This document shows positions 22,626 to 35,116 of a stretch of 64,000 nt of DNA, one piece after another. Each line of letters opens with the position of its first letter. Position 1 is the first letter of the stretch. Where the stretch lies: assembly GCA_004431415.1 (NCBI GenBank), contig QPMI01000432.1, positions 248,001-312,000 of the forward strand, in the 5' to 3' direction. Under the pieces are notes generated by a model. It did no database searches. It was not told where the DNA came from and was given only the letters and a program-made list of their open reading frames with translations. The position numbers were made by a program, and so were the translations under genes. The stretch is from Cyanophora paradoxa CCMP329. Lineage: Eukaryota > Plantae > Glaucophyta.

Positions 22626-25310
22626 CTAGAGGAGGCGGACGTGGCGGGGGGCGACGCGCCCGTCGGGCATGTCCGGCAGCGCGTCGAACGCCACCCGGGC
22701 CACTGCCACGCCCGCGGGGCCGCCCTCGCCCCCCGCCGCCTCCTCCACGACGGTGCCCTTGCAGAAGAAGTTGGAGTACTGCACGTCCGTCGCCGTCCGC
22801 GCCAGCACGTCGTCCCCAACGCTGAAGGCCAAGGCGGGGGGCGCCCCCGCCTCGGCGGGCTCGGGCACGGGAGCGACGAGCTCGGGGGGCAGCAGGGAGG
22901 CCCCGCCGTCCTCGAAGCGCACGCGGTACCACGTCCGCCGCCGCCGCCGTTCGGGCACCGCGGACGGCGCGGCCGCCGGGCCGCCGCCGGCAGAGGCCGC
23001 CTCGGGCCCTGCGGGGGAGAGCCGGTCCATGAGAGCCGCGAGGGAGTCGCCGGCCCCGGCCCCGCCCCCGCTGCCCGCCTCGGGCCCGCCGGCCCCGGCG
23101 GGCGCTGCCGGCCCTGCCTCGGGCCCCTCGCCGGGAGCCGGGTCGGCGGGGGAGGGCGCGCGGGCCCCCGGGGGTACCACGTGCTCCACCACCCGCGCCT
23201 GAGGTGGCCGTGAGGCCGGCGGGGCGGGCGGGAAGGGGGGAGCGGGCGCACGCGGAAGAAGGTACCCCCCCAGTCGGCGAGGACGGAGGCGCCGACGGGC
23301 AGCAGCGGCGCGCCGTCGTCGGCGCCCGGCGGCATCCGGTTGCAGTCCGACGCCCGCACCTGCGCAGGCGAGCGAGCGCTCAGGAAGCGGGAGCGCGGGC
23401 TTCAGTGGGGGCGAGCGGAGGGGCGGGCCCAGTAGCGTTCAGATCCGAAGGCGGGGAACTGGACGAGGAGCTGCCGGTGGGCGTCGGGGGCCCACGCCGG
23501 CGCCGCGTCCGCCACCCGCGCCCGGTAGTAGCTCGCGCAGTACTTCACGTCCGAGCTGCGCGCGCGTACCCCGGCGCGTAAGGAGGAGGGGGTACAGGAC
23601 AGACCCGGGGGTGCGCACGCCCACGGGGAGGCGACGACGCGCTGGCCCCGCCTCAACGGCTCCCTGCGGGGCCGGCCTCACGCAGGGCGGGGCGGGGCGG
23701 GGCGGGCGGGGGTGCGGGGCCGGGGCGCACGAGGGGGGGCAGTCGAGCACGAGCTCGCGGAGGGTACAGACGCCGAGGCGCCCCGTCACCGCCTGCGCCG
23801 CCGGCCTCGGCGGTGGGCCCCGGGCGGGGCTGAGCTAGGAGGGGGTACGCGCCTGGACGGCGTAGTGGCCGGGGAGGGGTACGCGGACGACGAGCCCCTC
23901 CTCCAGCTCGTCCTTCTCCTTGCCGGGGTCGAGCGCCGCCCGCACCGCCGTGCCGGGCTCCAGCTCGGGCGAGCCCTCGGGGGCCAGGCACCGCAGCTCC
24001 GAGCGGGGGTACGAGGCGCGGCGGCGGAGGCCGTCGGCGGCCCAGCGCTCGTCCCCGCGCGGGTCGCCCGGCGATCCCGAGCCGCCCTCCGCGGCCAGCG
24101 CCTCGGCCGAGAGCCGCTGCGGCGCGTCCAGCGCCACGCGCACGTACCCCTCCTGCGCCCCGCCTGGGCTCGGGCCCGTACCCCTCGAAAGCCCGAGGGG
24201 CGGGGGCGGGAGGCGCGCACGCGGGGGGGGCCGAGGGGCCGGGCGGGCTCGGGGGCGCCCTCCCCGGCTACAGGCTCCTCCAGGCCGGTCTCTGGAGCCT
24301 GCAGCACCGTCGCCGTCCGATAGCGCCGCGACCTGCCGCGCCATTCTCGGCGGGCGGGCTGGGCTGGGCCGGGGCCGGGGCGGACCATGCGCGGTCCTCG
24401 TCGTCGGCGGCGGCGATGGCGCGCGGGATGGAGCCGACGGGTACGAGCACGCGGGCCCCCCGCACGACGGGGTCCGCCCCGGGCGGCGGCGCCGGCGTGG
24501 GCGGCCGGTCGGGGATCATCTCGCGGCGGGCGAGGACGCGGTGCGAGCGGTCGGAGAGGATCGCGGTGCACGTGTCGCCGTGCGCGAAGAGTACCCGGCC
24601 GCGCAGCCAGAGGCGGCCCCCGCCCGGCGCCGGGCCATCCACCGCCGCGAGGCACGCGTCGCCGGGGGCGAGGGGCGGGAAGCAGTCGGCCGCCCGCTGC
24701 AGGACGGCCGGCGGGAGCGTCCGCGGGCAGTTCGCCGCCGGGTGCATGCCCCCGCACGTCGGGCACGCGTTCGTCGTGTACAGGCACGTCGCCCCGTGCT
24801 CCGCCAGCCGCCGCCTGCGCGCGCGCCCCGCGCCCCGTTCGGCTGGCGGATGAGCGCGCGGCCGCGGGGCGCCGGGCGGGGCGGACCGCGGGATGGCGCC
24901 GCGGCAGGCGACGTTGCTGCAGCCCGGCACGGGCGCCTCGGGGCACTGCTCGAGGTGCGCGTCGAGGCCCGCAGCGTCGAACAGCGCCTCCGACGCGCAG
25001 TGCTCGCAGCGCGCCGGCGCGGTTTTGATCTCCAGCGCCGGCTGCAGGCTCCGGGCCGAGATCGGCGACCGGCAGATCGGGCACGAGGCCGAGCGCCGCA
25101 GCCACTCGAATGCGCAGGCTTTGCAGAACGGGTGCCTGGCCCGGCGCGGGCTCATAAGCTTCGCGAAGCGATGCCGCAGCGATTCTGCGGCAGCTGGCGC
25201 ACGCGCACGCACCCACACTCGGCCTTTACTGGCAGCTTGAACGACTGGAAGCAGATGGGGCAGGACGGCCCCGTCGGGCTGTCCGCATCCACCTCCATCT
25301 CGCCGGCCAT
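22626..25310 (-). CDS. C3HC4 RING + TRAF-type zinc finger + several Tudor/Agenet-like repeats (putative E3 ligase)
   Basis: RING CPICFQSFKLPV..CGHPFCKAC..CPICR, then LDAHLEQCPEAPVPGC..LAEHGATC. Repeated units follow: LAPGDACLA..WLRGRV, LPVGASVLADWGGTFFRARV..YRVRFEDG and FSVGDDVLART..FFCKGTV. Confidence 0.7.
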
Positions 25311-25418
25311 GCGGCGCAGCCAGCTGCGGCGCCAACGAGCGTGCAGCCTTTTTTTTCGACAGGGCCGGGGTATCGTGGTATCGGGCCATCGTGGCGCCGT
25401 CTGGCGGACAAGCGAAAA
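25311..25418. promoter_or_regulatory. Putative bidirectional promoter, RING-Tudor / F-box
   Basis: Divergent ATGs lie 108 bp apart. Confidence 0.55.
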
Positions 25419-27174
25419 ATGGCGGCAGCCTCACTGGAGGGGCTGCCCGGCGACCTTCTTTCGAGGTGCCGAGCCGCCGGCCGCGGGCTGTGCGCGTGCT
25501 CACGCACCTCGCAGGATCCTGCAGTTTTTACCGGTGCACGAGGCGTTCCGCGCTCGGCGCGTGAGCCGGGCGTTCCGCGATGCCGTCGAGGGAACGACCT
25601 TTGATGGTGGGAAGCTGGAGGTCCTGTTTCAATCGGCAGCAGTTTCGGAGTGGACGGAGCTCGAGGCGCTTAACAGTTTGGAGCGGCTGGTGCGCGAGGG
25701 CCGTCTCAAGGGCCGCGACCTCAGCGTCAGCCTCGAGTGTGCGAAAGAGCTGGAGTCCCACAGCATCGGCTCGCAGCCAGCAGCACTGCTCGCGGCCCTC
25801 GCGGCGCGCTGCAGGAGCGTGCGCATCAAGTTCGTCTTCCCATACCGTTCGTCTTCCCAAGCAGACGACGTCTTGCGGCGGCATGTCGCCGACGTGCTCG
25901 CCGCGCTGGCGCCGGGCGGGGCGGCCGGGCCGCTGCAGGAGCTCGAGCTGCTCAGCACCATCTACCCACGATATGAGGCAAGGCTCGAGATACCGGCCGA
26001 TTGCCTAGCTCCCTTCTCCGGGCTGCGGGCCCTCTGCCTGGCGCCATCCGCGTGCCTGCACGGTCACACGGCGGCAGCCATCGCGGCTCGCCTCCCCGCG
26101 CTGCGCTCCCTGCAGCTGTGCTACGACGCATCTCAGCCCGACGTCCTTAAGCGGATCGGCCATCTCTCCTTGGAACGTCTCATCCTGCACTTCAACCCCT
26201 TTCAGGTGGGCGCCGCCAAGTCTTGATTTTTCCGTGCTGAGTGCTCCTGACTTTCGTAACAGTACTCGAACGCTATGCGGCTCGGCATGTCCCTTGCGGA
26301 GCTCTCCGGTACCCCCCTGGAGAACTCCCTCCGCGAACTTCACTTCGAATCTGAGTGCGTGACCGCACTTGCCCCCTGCCAGTGGCCAGTGGCTGAGACA
26401 AACCGCTGCGGTAGGGATGACAGGAGTCGCCGCGAGGGTCCCGCGCTGCACCCGACCGACCTCGGAGCTCTGGCCCGCATGCCGCAGCTGGAGCGCGTCA
26501 CGGGCTACCCCCACGTGCGCCGCCGCCGCCCCCCTCGCAGCGCCCACCGCAGCCGATCATGATCGACGCCCCCGCAGCTTTACTTCAAGAACCGGATGCA
26601 GTGGCGGAGCCGGAGCCCGCAGCACGTCGAGCTTGCGAGCGTGCTGCGGGCCCCGCGCCTTGCCACCCTCCAGCTTTCCGTGCAAGCGGTCGGTGCTGCT
26701 TCGGCTCTCTCCACTGCCGTTGCCGAGGCCCGCGCTGCCGGCCGGCTGCCCTCCCTCCGGGCCCTCGACCTGCGTGCCCCCTTTACAGATCTAGAGTGGA
26801 TCGTCGGCGCAGGAGCCGGCCCCCTCCTGCGTCACATCGAGGTCGCTTGTTCGCAACACTGTTCGACAGCTAAGGGGTCCGCGGCCCTTCTCCGCTGTCC
26901 CCGCCTTGAAAAGCTCGTCCTCCGCATCAACATAAGCCGCGTGGGCTCTAATATCGCGGCTATCGCGGCTCTCGCCCGCGATCTTGCCCCACTCGCGGCC
27001 CTTCCCGCCCTCCCCGGTGGCTTCCGCATCGAACTATCCGTGCCGGCGGAGCAGCCGGCTGGCATCGAGGCCCTCGCCTCGAGCGCACGCGGCGACCTCT
27101 CCGCCTTCCTCGCACCCATGTCGGAGAGGGCGGATGTCAGCATCGATGTCCACACCGCCGTCGCTGACATGTAG
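25419..27174 (+). CDS. F-box / LRR-like protein
   Basis: F-box MAAASLEGLPGDLLSR|ILQFLPVHEAFRARRVSRAFR, followed by LQELEL, LRALCL, LRSLQL, LRALDL and LEKLVL repeats. Confidence 0.8.
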
Positions 27175-27356
27175 CAGATGTAGCAAATGCTCGACCTTTT
27201 AGCTCAGTATTTTGCAAATTGCAAGTGTACTGTCCCTGCCCAGCTCGGCAACATTGTGTTGACGGTAATGGAATGACGTAAAAATAGAAATACAGTTTGT
27301 GCGAGAAGACAACGGGGGACTGGAGGGGAAAGGGAGGGGAGGGGAGGGGCGGGGGC

Positions 27357-30300
27357 CTAGCGCTTGGAGCGGAGGGCGGCGATCTTCTCCTTGAGGCTCT
27401 GGAACTGCTCGGGGAGGCCGCCCGCCCCCGCCGGCGCCGCCGCCGCCGCCGGCGCGAAGGCGGCGACGAGGGGCGTCGCGGTGGTGGCCATGGGCGGGGC
27501 GGGGAGGGCGGCCGCGAGGGGCGCGGCGGGGCCGGGGCGCCGACGGGCGGGCCGTAGGCGAGGCCGAGGGCGGAGGCGGCGCGGGAGGCGGTGTCCCGGA
27601 CCTTGGAGAGGTCCACGGCGGGCGGCGCCGCGGCCGCCCCCGCCGCCGAGTCGCTGCTGAGGCCCGCAGCTGGTTCCGCAGACTGCTGAGCGTCGCGGTG
27701 CGGGGCGAGGGGCCCGGCGCAGGCGCGGGGGCGGCCAGGGGCTCGAGGGGCGGCGGGGCCGGGTGCGGGGCCCGGGGCGGTGGCGGGGCGGGCGAGGCGC
27801 TCGTGCTGCTCGCGGATCTTGGCGAGGTTGCGGCGGATGTACTCCTGGAAGGAGCGCCCGTACTTGCCCATCTCCCGCTCCAGCGCATCCTGCCCGTTCT
27901 CCCCGATGAACTTGTAGAGCTCCACGAGCCCCTGGTTCGACGTCTCCTTGCACCCGATCCGCTTGATGATCTCCGTCACCCGCGCGTCGCCCTCCTCCGC
28001 CGCCGCACGCAGCGGCGAGGCCATGCCGGCGGGGGCGGACCCCGCGTGCGCCAGCGAGTGCGAGGCTGGCAGCGCGGGGGCCGTCGCCGGGCGGGCGGCG
28101 CTCGCGGCGGCGATGGAAGCGCGGTACGCGGCCGCGGCGGCCGTCGCTGCGGCGGCGGCCGCCGCAGAAGAGACGGGGCCCGAGGCGGGGGCGGGGGCGG
28201 TGTCGAGGGGCACCGGGTGGTGGTGGTGGGGGACGGGGAGGGGCGCCGCCGCGGCGGGGGCGGGCGGGGAGGTGTGGTGCATGAGGAGGGCCTCTGCCCA
28301 GCGGTAGAGCTCGGCGCTGGGGGGCACGCCGGCCATGGCGTCCACGATGGCGGCGCCCTGCAGCTTGACGAGCTCGGAGAGGAGCGTGCGGGCGGTGCGC
28401 ATGGGGAGGTCGCCCTGTGCGGCGACGACGCCGCCGGCGGACGCTGTGTACGCGTCGACGAAGACGTGGAGCTCGAGGAGGAGCCGCCCGACGTCCAGCT
28501 CGGCGATGGCCCCCGGCAGCGACTTGATCACCTTGAGCAGGCACTTGATGACCAGCTCCTTGAGCTTCTCGTGCGGGGCGCGCCCGGGGGCCCCCGGCCC
28601 GTGCCCCGCGGCCGCCGCGCAGGCCCGCCGGAGGCACTGGAGGAGGACGACGAAGACGACGGTGCGCTCGGAGGCCTCGAGGAGCTTGAGCATAAGGAGG
28701 TTCATGGCGCGCAGCAGGTTGCTCCCCATGCGCCCGCCGTCCGCCTCCGCCCCGGCCCCGGCGCCGGGGGCGTCGGCGTCGAGGGCGGGGAGGCGCTCGT
28801 CGAGAATGCGCTCGAGGAGCTCGGCGACGAGGGTCTCGAGGGGCGCCCGCGTGACGCGGACGGGGATGACGCGCTTCTGGAAGACCTGCATGAGGGTGTT
28901 GAGGACGTACTTGCAGAGGCGGGTGTCCACGCTGGCGCCCGCGAAGGAGGCGCGGAGGAGGGCGGCGAGGGCGGAGAGGAGGGCGTCGGCGTCGGCGGCG
29001 AAGGCCGCGTCGTTGCCCTCGGAGCACTCCTGGCAGAGGACCTTCAGCGCCTCGATCGGCTCGAGGCCGTCCTCCCGGTTCGCCAGCATCGCCAGCAGCT
29101 CCCGCCCGCTCCGCCGCGGCGCCCGCAGCGCCGGCGTCGCCAGCGCCGCCGCCGCCGTCGAGCCGCCGGCCGGCGGCGCCTGCGACGACTCGGTGCCGGG
29201 CGGGGTGCGGGGCGGGCCCGAGGGGGCGGTGCCGGGCCGGAAGCCGTCGGGGAGGCCCGGGCGGCCCTGGTAGGGGGCGGGGAGGGTCTGCGCCCGGTGC
29301 GCGTAGCTGGGGAGGCCGGCGACCGAGGCGCGGGTCGGGGTGACGGGGACGTGGGCCGGCTGCTGCTGCTGCTGGCCGACGACGGCGGTGACGGCGGCGG
29401 CGGCGGCGGCGGCGGCGACCGAGGCGATGGCGTGGCCGTTTAGGCGGGAGAAGGGCGAGTCGTGGTCGAGGGAGAAGGCGGCGTGCCCGGCCATGGGCGT
29501 CGCCTGCACGCCGCCGGGCATCGAGGCGCGCGGGTTCTGCTGCTGTGCCCCGGGCGTCCGCGGCGTCGCGTTGAGGGGCGCCCCGGGGCCGCTGCGGCGC
29601 CCGATCGGGGAGGAGGGCGAGGCCGGCTCGGAGGAGGCCCCCGGGGCGGGGATGGCGAGGGGCGCGGCGCGGAGGTTGGTGGAGGAGGAGGGGGCGGAGG
29701 CGGGGCCGGGGCCGCCGCCGCCGTCGCGGGCGATGCGGAGGAGGCGCTGGTCGAGTAGGGCGCGGTCCTTGTCCGGGAGGCGCCCGACGGCGCGCCACAT
29801 CTCCTCCCCGCAGATCGCGTACACGCGCGCCAGCAGCTTCAGCGCCGCCTCCCGCACCGCCTTGTCCGCCGCCCCGATGCACGCCGCCGCCAGCGGCAGG
29901 TCCTTCGCCGGCCGGCACACCTGCTGCTCCCGCCCCCGGCTCAGGCAAGCGAGTCCGGAGCGGGGGGGGGGTACGCCGAATGCGTCGGACCTCGAGGCCG
30001 TAGGTGTCGATGAGGCGCTCGAGCTCGTCGAGGCACTCGGCGCGGGCCTTGAAGTTCTTGGAGCGCAGGCCCTCCACGACGTACATGCAGAACTTGGAGG
30101 GGGGGTACACCTTGCAGACCTCCCGGAAGATGCCCCGCAGCGCGTCCCGCACCGCCTTCTGGTTCGACCCGACCTTCTCGACGATGTACGGGCAGAGGCC
30201 GTTCGTCTCGTAGTCGGCGAGGGTGTATCCCTCCTCCTCGCAGACGCGCAGGGCGACGGAGAGCAGCTCGGTGCACTTTAGGACGACCGACGTGTTGTTC

Positions 30301-33300
30301 TCGCAGATGCGCACCGCCGCCCAGCGGAAGACGAGGTCCAGGTTGTCGATGAGCTCACGCCGGAAGACGGGCGCGGCGCCGGCGATGTCTCCGGCGGCCT
30401 GCGCCTGCTTCTGGTGCTCCTTGCTGAACATCTGGGCGTGGACCTGCTCCACGGCGATCGGGAGCAGCGCGTCCCGCAGCGAGTCCATCGTCGTCGCGTT
30501 CGGCTCCTGGAAGATCGTCTGCACCGCCGCCTTCTTCGGGTTCCGCCGCTCCTTCCCCTCGTTCGCACGCAGCGGCGCCTCCGGGGTCGTCCCCAGCCGC
30601 GTCCCCGAGCCACGCAGCCCGCCCGCCCCCGCCGACGAGGCCGTCAGGCCCTTTCGCGCCGCCGCCGCTGGGGCTGCCGGGGCCGCGCGGGCCGTTGCGG
30701 CGGGCGCCGCCGCCGGTGCCGGTGCGGCCGGGGCCGAGCAGTAGCAGCCGACGCCGGCGCGAGGCCCCGAGGCGGGCTCCTTGCCCTTGGGGGAGGCGGG
30801 GCCGCGGGGCCGGGCGGAGGCGGCGACGCCGCCAGGCCCGGCCTCGGCGCGGATGCGCTCCACGAGGGGCTCCAGCGCCAGCTTCGTCGCCGTCGGCAGG
30901 TCCTGCGCCCCCGCCCCCGCGGCTCGGCCCGGAGCGGCGGCGCACAAGCAAGCGAGCCGGCTCGGGCGCGGACCTTGGTCTCGCGGAGGAGAGCGTTGAT
31001 GCCGAGGCAGCGCGCGCAGGCGGCGAGGAGCTTGACGGCCGAGTCCCGCACCTCGGCGGTCTTGTCCTGCAGGAAGCCGACGGCGGGGCGCACGAGGGGG
31101 CCCATGTCGCAGCCGGCGGCCGCCGGGTCCTCGGGGAGGGCCGCGAGCATCCAGGCGAGGAGGGTCTGCCGCCCGAGCGCCGCCTCCATCTTCATCTCCT
31201 TGGCGACCGCCTCGACCATCGCCGCGAAGCCGCACGCCGCAGCCGTCGCCTCGAGCGCCTTCACCGCCGCGTCCCGCACGTTCTTCTTCTGGTCGCTCAG
31301 GTTCGCGCAGATGCTGGGGAGGACGCCCCGGAAGTAGCCGCCGAACGCCGGGCCCATCGAGCTCGCGAGCTGCGCGCAGAGGAGCATGGCCGTGGCGCCG
31401 AGGTTCTTGTTCGAGTCGTTGATCCGCTGCTTGACGGCCGCCATGAGGTCCGAGAGGCCGTCCCCCGTGATGCGGAAGGCGGCGGGGCGCAGGATCTCGT
31501 CCTCCACGCTCTTCATCGCCGCCGCCCGCACCTTCCAGTCCTTGTCGCCCAGCTCCGCCAGGAGCTTCCCCGTCACCTGCCCCGACACGTCCGTCCGCGG
31601 CAGGCCCCCCGCCTCCTCCTCCTCCTCGTACGCGGCCGCGGCGGCGGCGGAAGCGGCGCCGGGCTTGCCGGCGGAAGCCCCCGCGGCGGGGCCGGCGGCG
31701 CGCTTGGCGCGGAGGGAGCGGGTGGGCGGGGCGACGGGCTCGCCGTCGTTGACCTTGGCGAGCTCGGCGTCGATGGACTGGAGGAGGGCGGGCTTGACGG
31801 CCTCGAAGTAGGCGCGGATGGCGGGGCCGACGCGGAGGCGCAGCGCGACGAGGAGCTTGGTGGCGGCGACCTTGACGGTCGGGTTCGTCGCCTCGAACGC
31901 CCCCTGCATGAACTCGATGGCGCCCTTGAGCTGCAGCGGGGCGTGCCCGAACTCCTCCACCGCCTGCTGCACGAACGCCAGCACCGAGGCGTGCAGCTTC
32001 GGGTTCTGCTTCGTGCAGCCGCCGTACGCCGCGTAGAGCCGCCCGCACACGAACGAGGGGCCCGTGCACTCGGCGATCGTCAGGAGGCACTCGGTGGCCG
32101 GGCGCCCCAGCTTGGCGTCGCTCAGCTTCTCCCAGGCGGCGCCGATCGTCCCGCCGGCAACCTTCTTGCTCACGCCCTGCTCGCTCGCCTTGACCACCTC
32201 CGTGATCGCGTTCAGCGCCGCCGTGCAGACCTGCGCTCGCCCCTCCCATCATCAGCCGCGTGGACCTCCTTGCACTCTAAGCATCACAGCAAAGGCGCGC
32301 CATGAAGTTGTTCTCCTTGGCGAGGAGGCGGGAGACGTAGCGGACGAGGTTCTCGCCGTGCGCCGCGAGCTCCTCGGGGGCCATCCCGGACACGAACTCC
32401 TGCACCTTCTGCATCCCCTCCTTCTTCTCCTGCCACTTCTCCCCGCCCAGCAGCTTCCGCGCGTCCTCCGGCAGCAGCTCCGCCATCGCCGCCTCCTGCG
32501 CGCGTTCAGATGGGAAGGCGGGCGGGCTGGGGAGCAAGGCCAAGGAGCAAGGCCGCGCACGAGCTGCTCGGGGGTCATCGTGTCCGCGACGTCGTCGTCC
32601 CGCTCTTCGGCCGGCTTCGCCGCCGCGCCGCCCTTCTTCCCGCCCGCCGCCGCCCCGCCCTTCTTCTGCGGTCCCGCGCGTGAGCGGGCGGCGGAGGCGC
32701 GGCAGGGCGAGAGGCGGCGCACGGCGGGCGCGACAGAGGAAGAGGTCGCGGAGGCGGCCACCGGCTTCCTGCGCGAGGGCCTCAGACGCTGTGCAGAGCG
32801 GAAAGAGGCGATGGACGCACTTTGCCGGGGGGGCGGGGGCGGAGGCGGGGGCGGCGGCCGCGGGGGCGGCCTTGGCGGAGGCGGAGGCGGGGCGGGAGGC
32901 GGGCGCCGGGGCGGCGGCTGCAGCGGCGGGGGCGGCGGGGCCTGCGCCGGCGCCGGAGGCCTGCTGGAGGAGGGCGCGGAGGGCCTCCTGCTTGCGCTTC
33001 TCGAGGGCGCTGATGGTGGCCTCCAGCGGCCGCTGCCCGACGACGGAGACGAGCTTGACGAAGCTCTTCTGGCCGGCGTCCCGCACCTCCTTCGTCGAGT
33101 CCTCGAGGGCCTTCACCAGCAGCTCGGCGATGGCCCCCGTGCCCTTCTGCAGCGCCGGCGGCACCGAGGCGCCCGCCCCGATCGCCGCCTCGAAGAACAC
33201 CATCACCTGGACCTTCCAGCCGGCCGGCACCTTCGGCTTGTTCCAGCCCTCCTTCACCTCTGCCGTGCCGCCGCGGGACGTGAGCCGCGCTCGGGCGCGC

Positions 33301-35011
33301 GCCGCCTCGCTCGCACGGACCCTCGAGGAGGTCGATGACGGAGAAGCAGCCGGCGGAGTGGATCGCCTCGAGCGTCTGGCGGACCTCGGCCGTGAAGAGC
33401 GCCTTCGTCTCCTTCAGCCTATCCAGCAGCACGGGCACGAAGAGCGACGAGTAGGTGCGGAAGTCCTTGCGCATGCCCGCCGCGAAGGCCGCGACCGTCT
33501 TCATCGCCTGCGTCACCACCGCCAGGTTCGAGTCGCCCATGAGCTGCGGCAGCGGCGGGGCCCGATCAGGCCGAGACGCGCCGGCGAGAGTTCCGCGCGC
33601 TTCGTTTGCACCCGCTTCATGGAGCGCATGACGTCGCCGTAGTCAGAGGGGGCGATGCGGCGGACCTCGATCGCCTTCTTCTGCAGCGCCTCCAGCGCCT
33701 CCTTCTTCTCCGCCCACTTCTCGAGCGTCAGCTGCGCCGCCCGCGGCGTCAGCACGGCCGCCGTCGCGCGGGCGGGAGGGGCGCCCCGGGCGGCGCACGA
33801 TCCACTCGGCCCAGTTCTTGTGCAGCTCCTTCTCGATGACAGGGGCGAGGTCCACCGGATCGAAGAACTCAAGAGGGTCCACGTCCGGGGCGGCCGCGAC
33901 GGCCGCGGCGGCCCCCGGGACGCCCGCCGCGGGGCCAGCGGCCCCCGGCGCGGCTGCGCCCGCCTTCGGCTTCGCGGACTTGGTCAGGCGGGTCGGCGCC
34001 GGCCGATCGGACGCAGGAATCTTCCCGAACTCCACATCCAGTTCCTTTTTCTGCGGGCGCCGAAAGGAGGCGCTCAGGGGCCGGCCGCAACCGCGCGCGC
34101 GGGGACGAAGCGAGCGCGCCTGCACGTCGCGCGCGTCCTCCAGCATGGGCCGGATCGCTTCCTTCAGCCACCTGTACAGCTCCACGATCATCGACTTCGT
34201 GTTGCTGCGCACGTCCGTGTCCTTCGAGTCCAGCATGGCCTGCAGGAGCTTCTTGTTGAGCACGGGCTTCGGGTTGACGACCTTGGCGCCGAACTCGCTG
34301 CGCTCCCGCAGCACATTAGCGCCAGGCGGCGGCGGCCGAGTCGCCCCGCGCACCGCAGCGCCTGCGTGAAAAGCTCGACGGCAGCTGCAACGGCCTTGGC
34401 CGCCTTCAGGCTCATGCCCTTGACCATAGCTTCCTGCTCGGATGGAGAAGCATCAGATGCGCATTGCGGCGGGCAGCGAGCAGTCGTAACGCCAGCCCCG
34501 CGCACCACGACGGCGGGACCGTTGGCCTCCTGCTCGATGAAGAGGAGGCAGACCTCGAAGCCGCGCTCCTTAGCGCATCCTCTCGCCGTAAGGCACTTCT
34601 CAACAATCACATCGCTCAGCTCGCCGGCGATCCTGCGGGGACGATGCCAACCTGTCAGGCTCATGTGCAGCGCCAGTGCTCGTCTGCGGCGCACCGCGCC
34701 GCTGCACGAGGCGAGTGGTTGATGAGCTCTACAGCGCAGTCGAACGCCTGGCTCTTCATATCGTTGTTGTTCTCCTGCACCATCTTCTTCAGCAGATCGG
34801 CTGCAGACGCCCAGGATCAGCGGGGGCGGCGCAGCTGGGACGCTAGCAAAGACGTACCATAGTCATCGTACACGCTGTCGTTGTCCGCAGCGCAGCGGAA
34901 CGCCTGGTGCAGTTCCTTGAAGGCTTGCTGGCGACATCCCACGTTTTTGTGGACCAAGCGCTGCTCCAACGACAGGCTTGAGAAGTCCTCCGTGGGAGGA
35001 CCGTCCTCCAT
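27357..35011 (-). CDS. CKAP5: XMAP215/ch-TOG/MOR1 microtubule polymerase with multiple TOG domains
   Basis: SLEQRLVHKN..RQQAF, KWAEKKEALE, DSNLAVV..LLDRLKE, KWQEKKEG, DKDWKVRAAA..INDSNKNL, DLVFRW..ENNTSV, GLRSKNFKARAECLDEL and LCKYVLNTLMQVF (plant MOR1-like C-terminus). Confidence 0.95.
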
Positions 35012-35116
35012 GGCGGCCGCAGCTGCAAGGCCACCGTTTCCTCCCCACACCTACCGTTGAGTGCCGAGTAGGTTGTAGCCCCCCGCGGCTCACCCCCTCC
35101 TCCGGCCATTCGAAAT
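35012..35116. promoter_or_regulatory. Putative bidirectional promoter, XMAP215 / CAP-H2, with two CCGTT cores and one TTCGAA
   Basis: ATGs lie 105 bp apart. CCGTT at 35034 and 35054; TTCGAA at 35109. Confidence 0.6.

Noticed and set aside
27357-32252. 1631-aa ORF and many other long Arg/Gly/Pro-rich ORFs (e.g. 35769-38333, 45961-48246)
   Set aside because: These are largely shadow or antisense frames left open by extreme GC content. The real products are the spliced genes listed.
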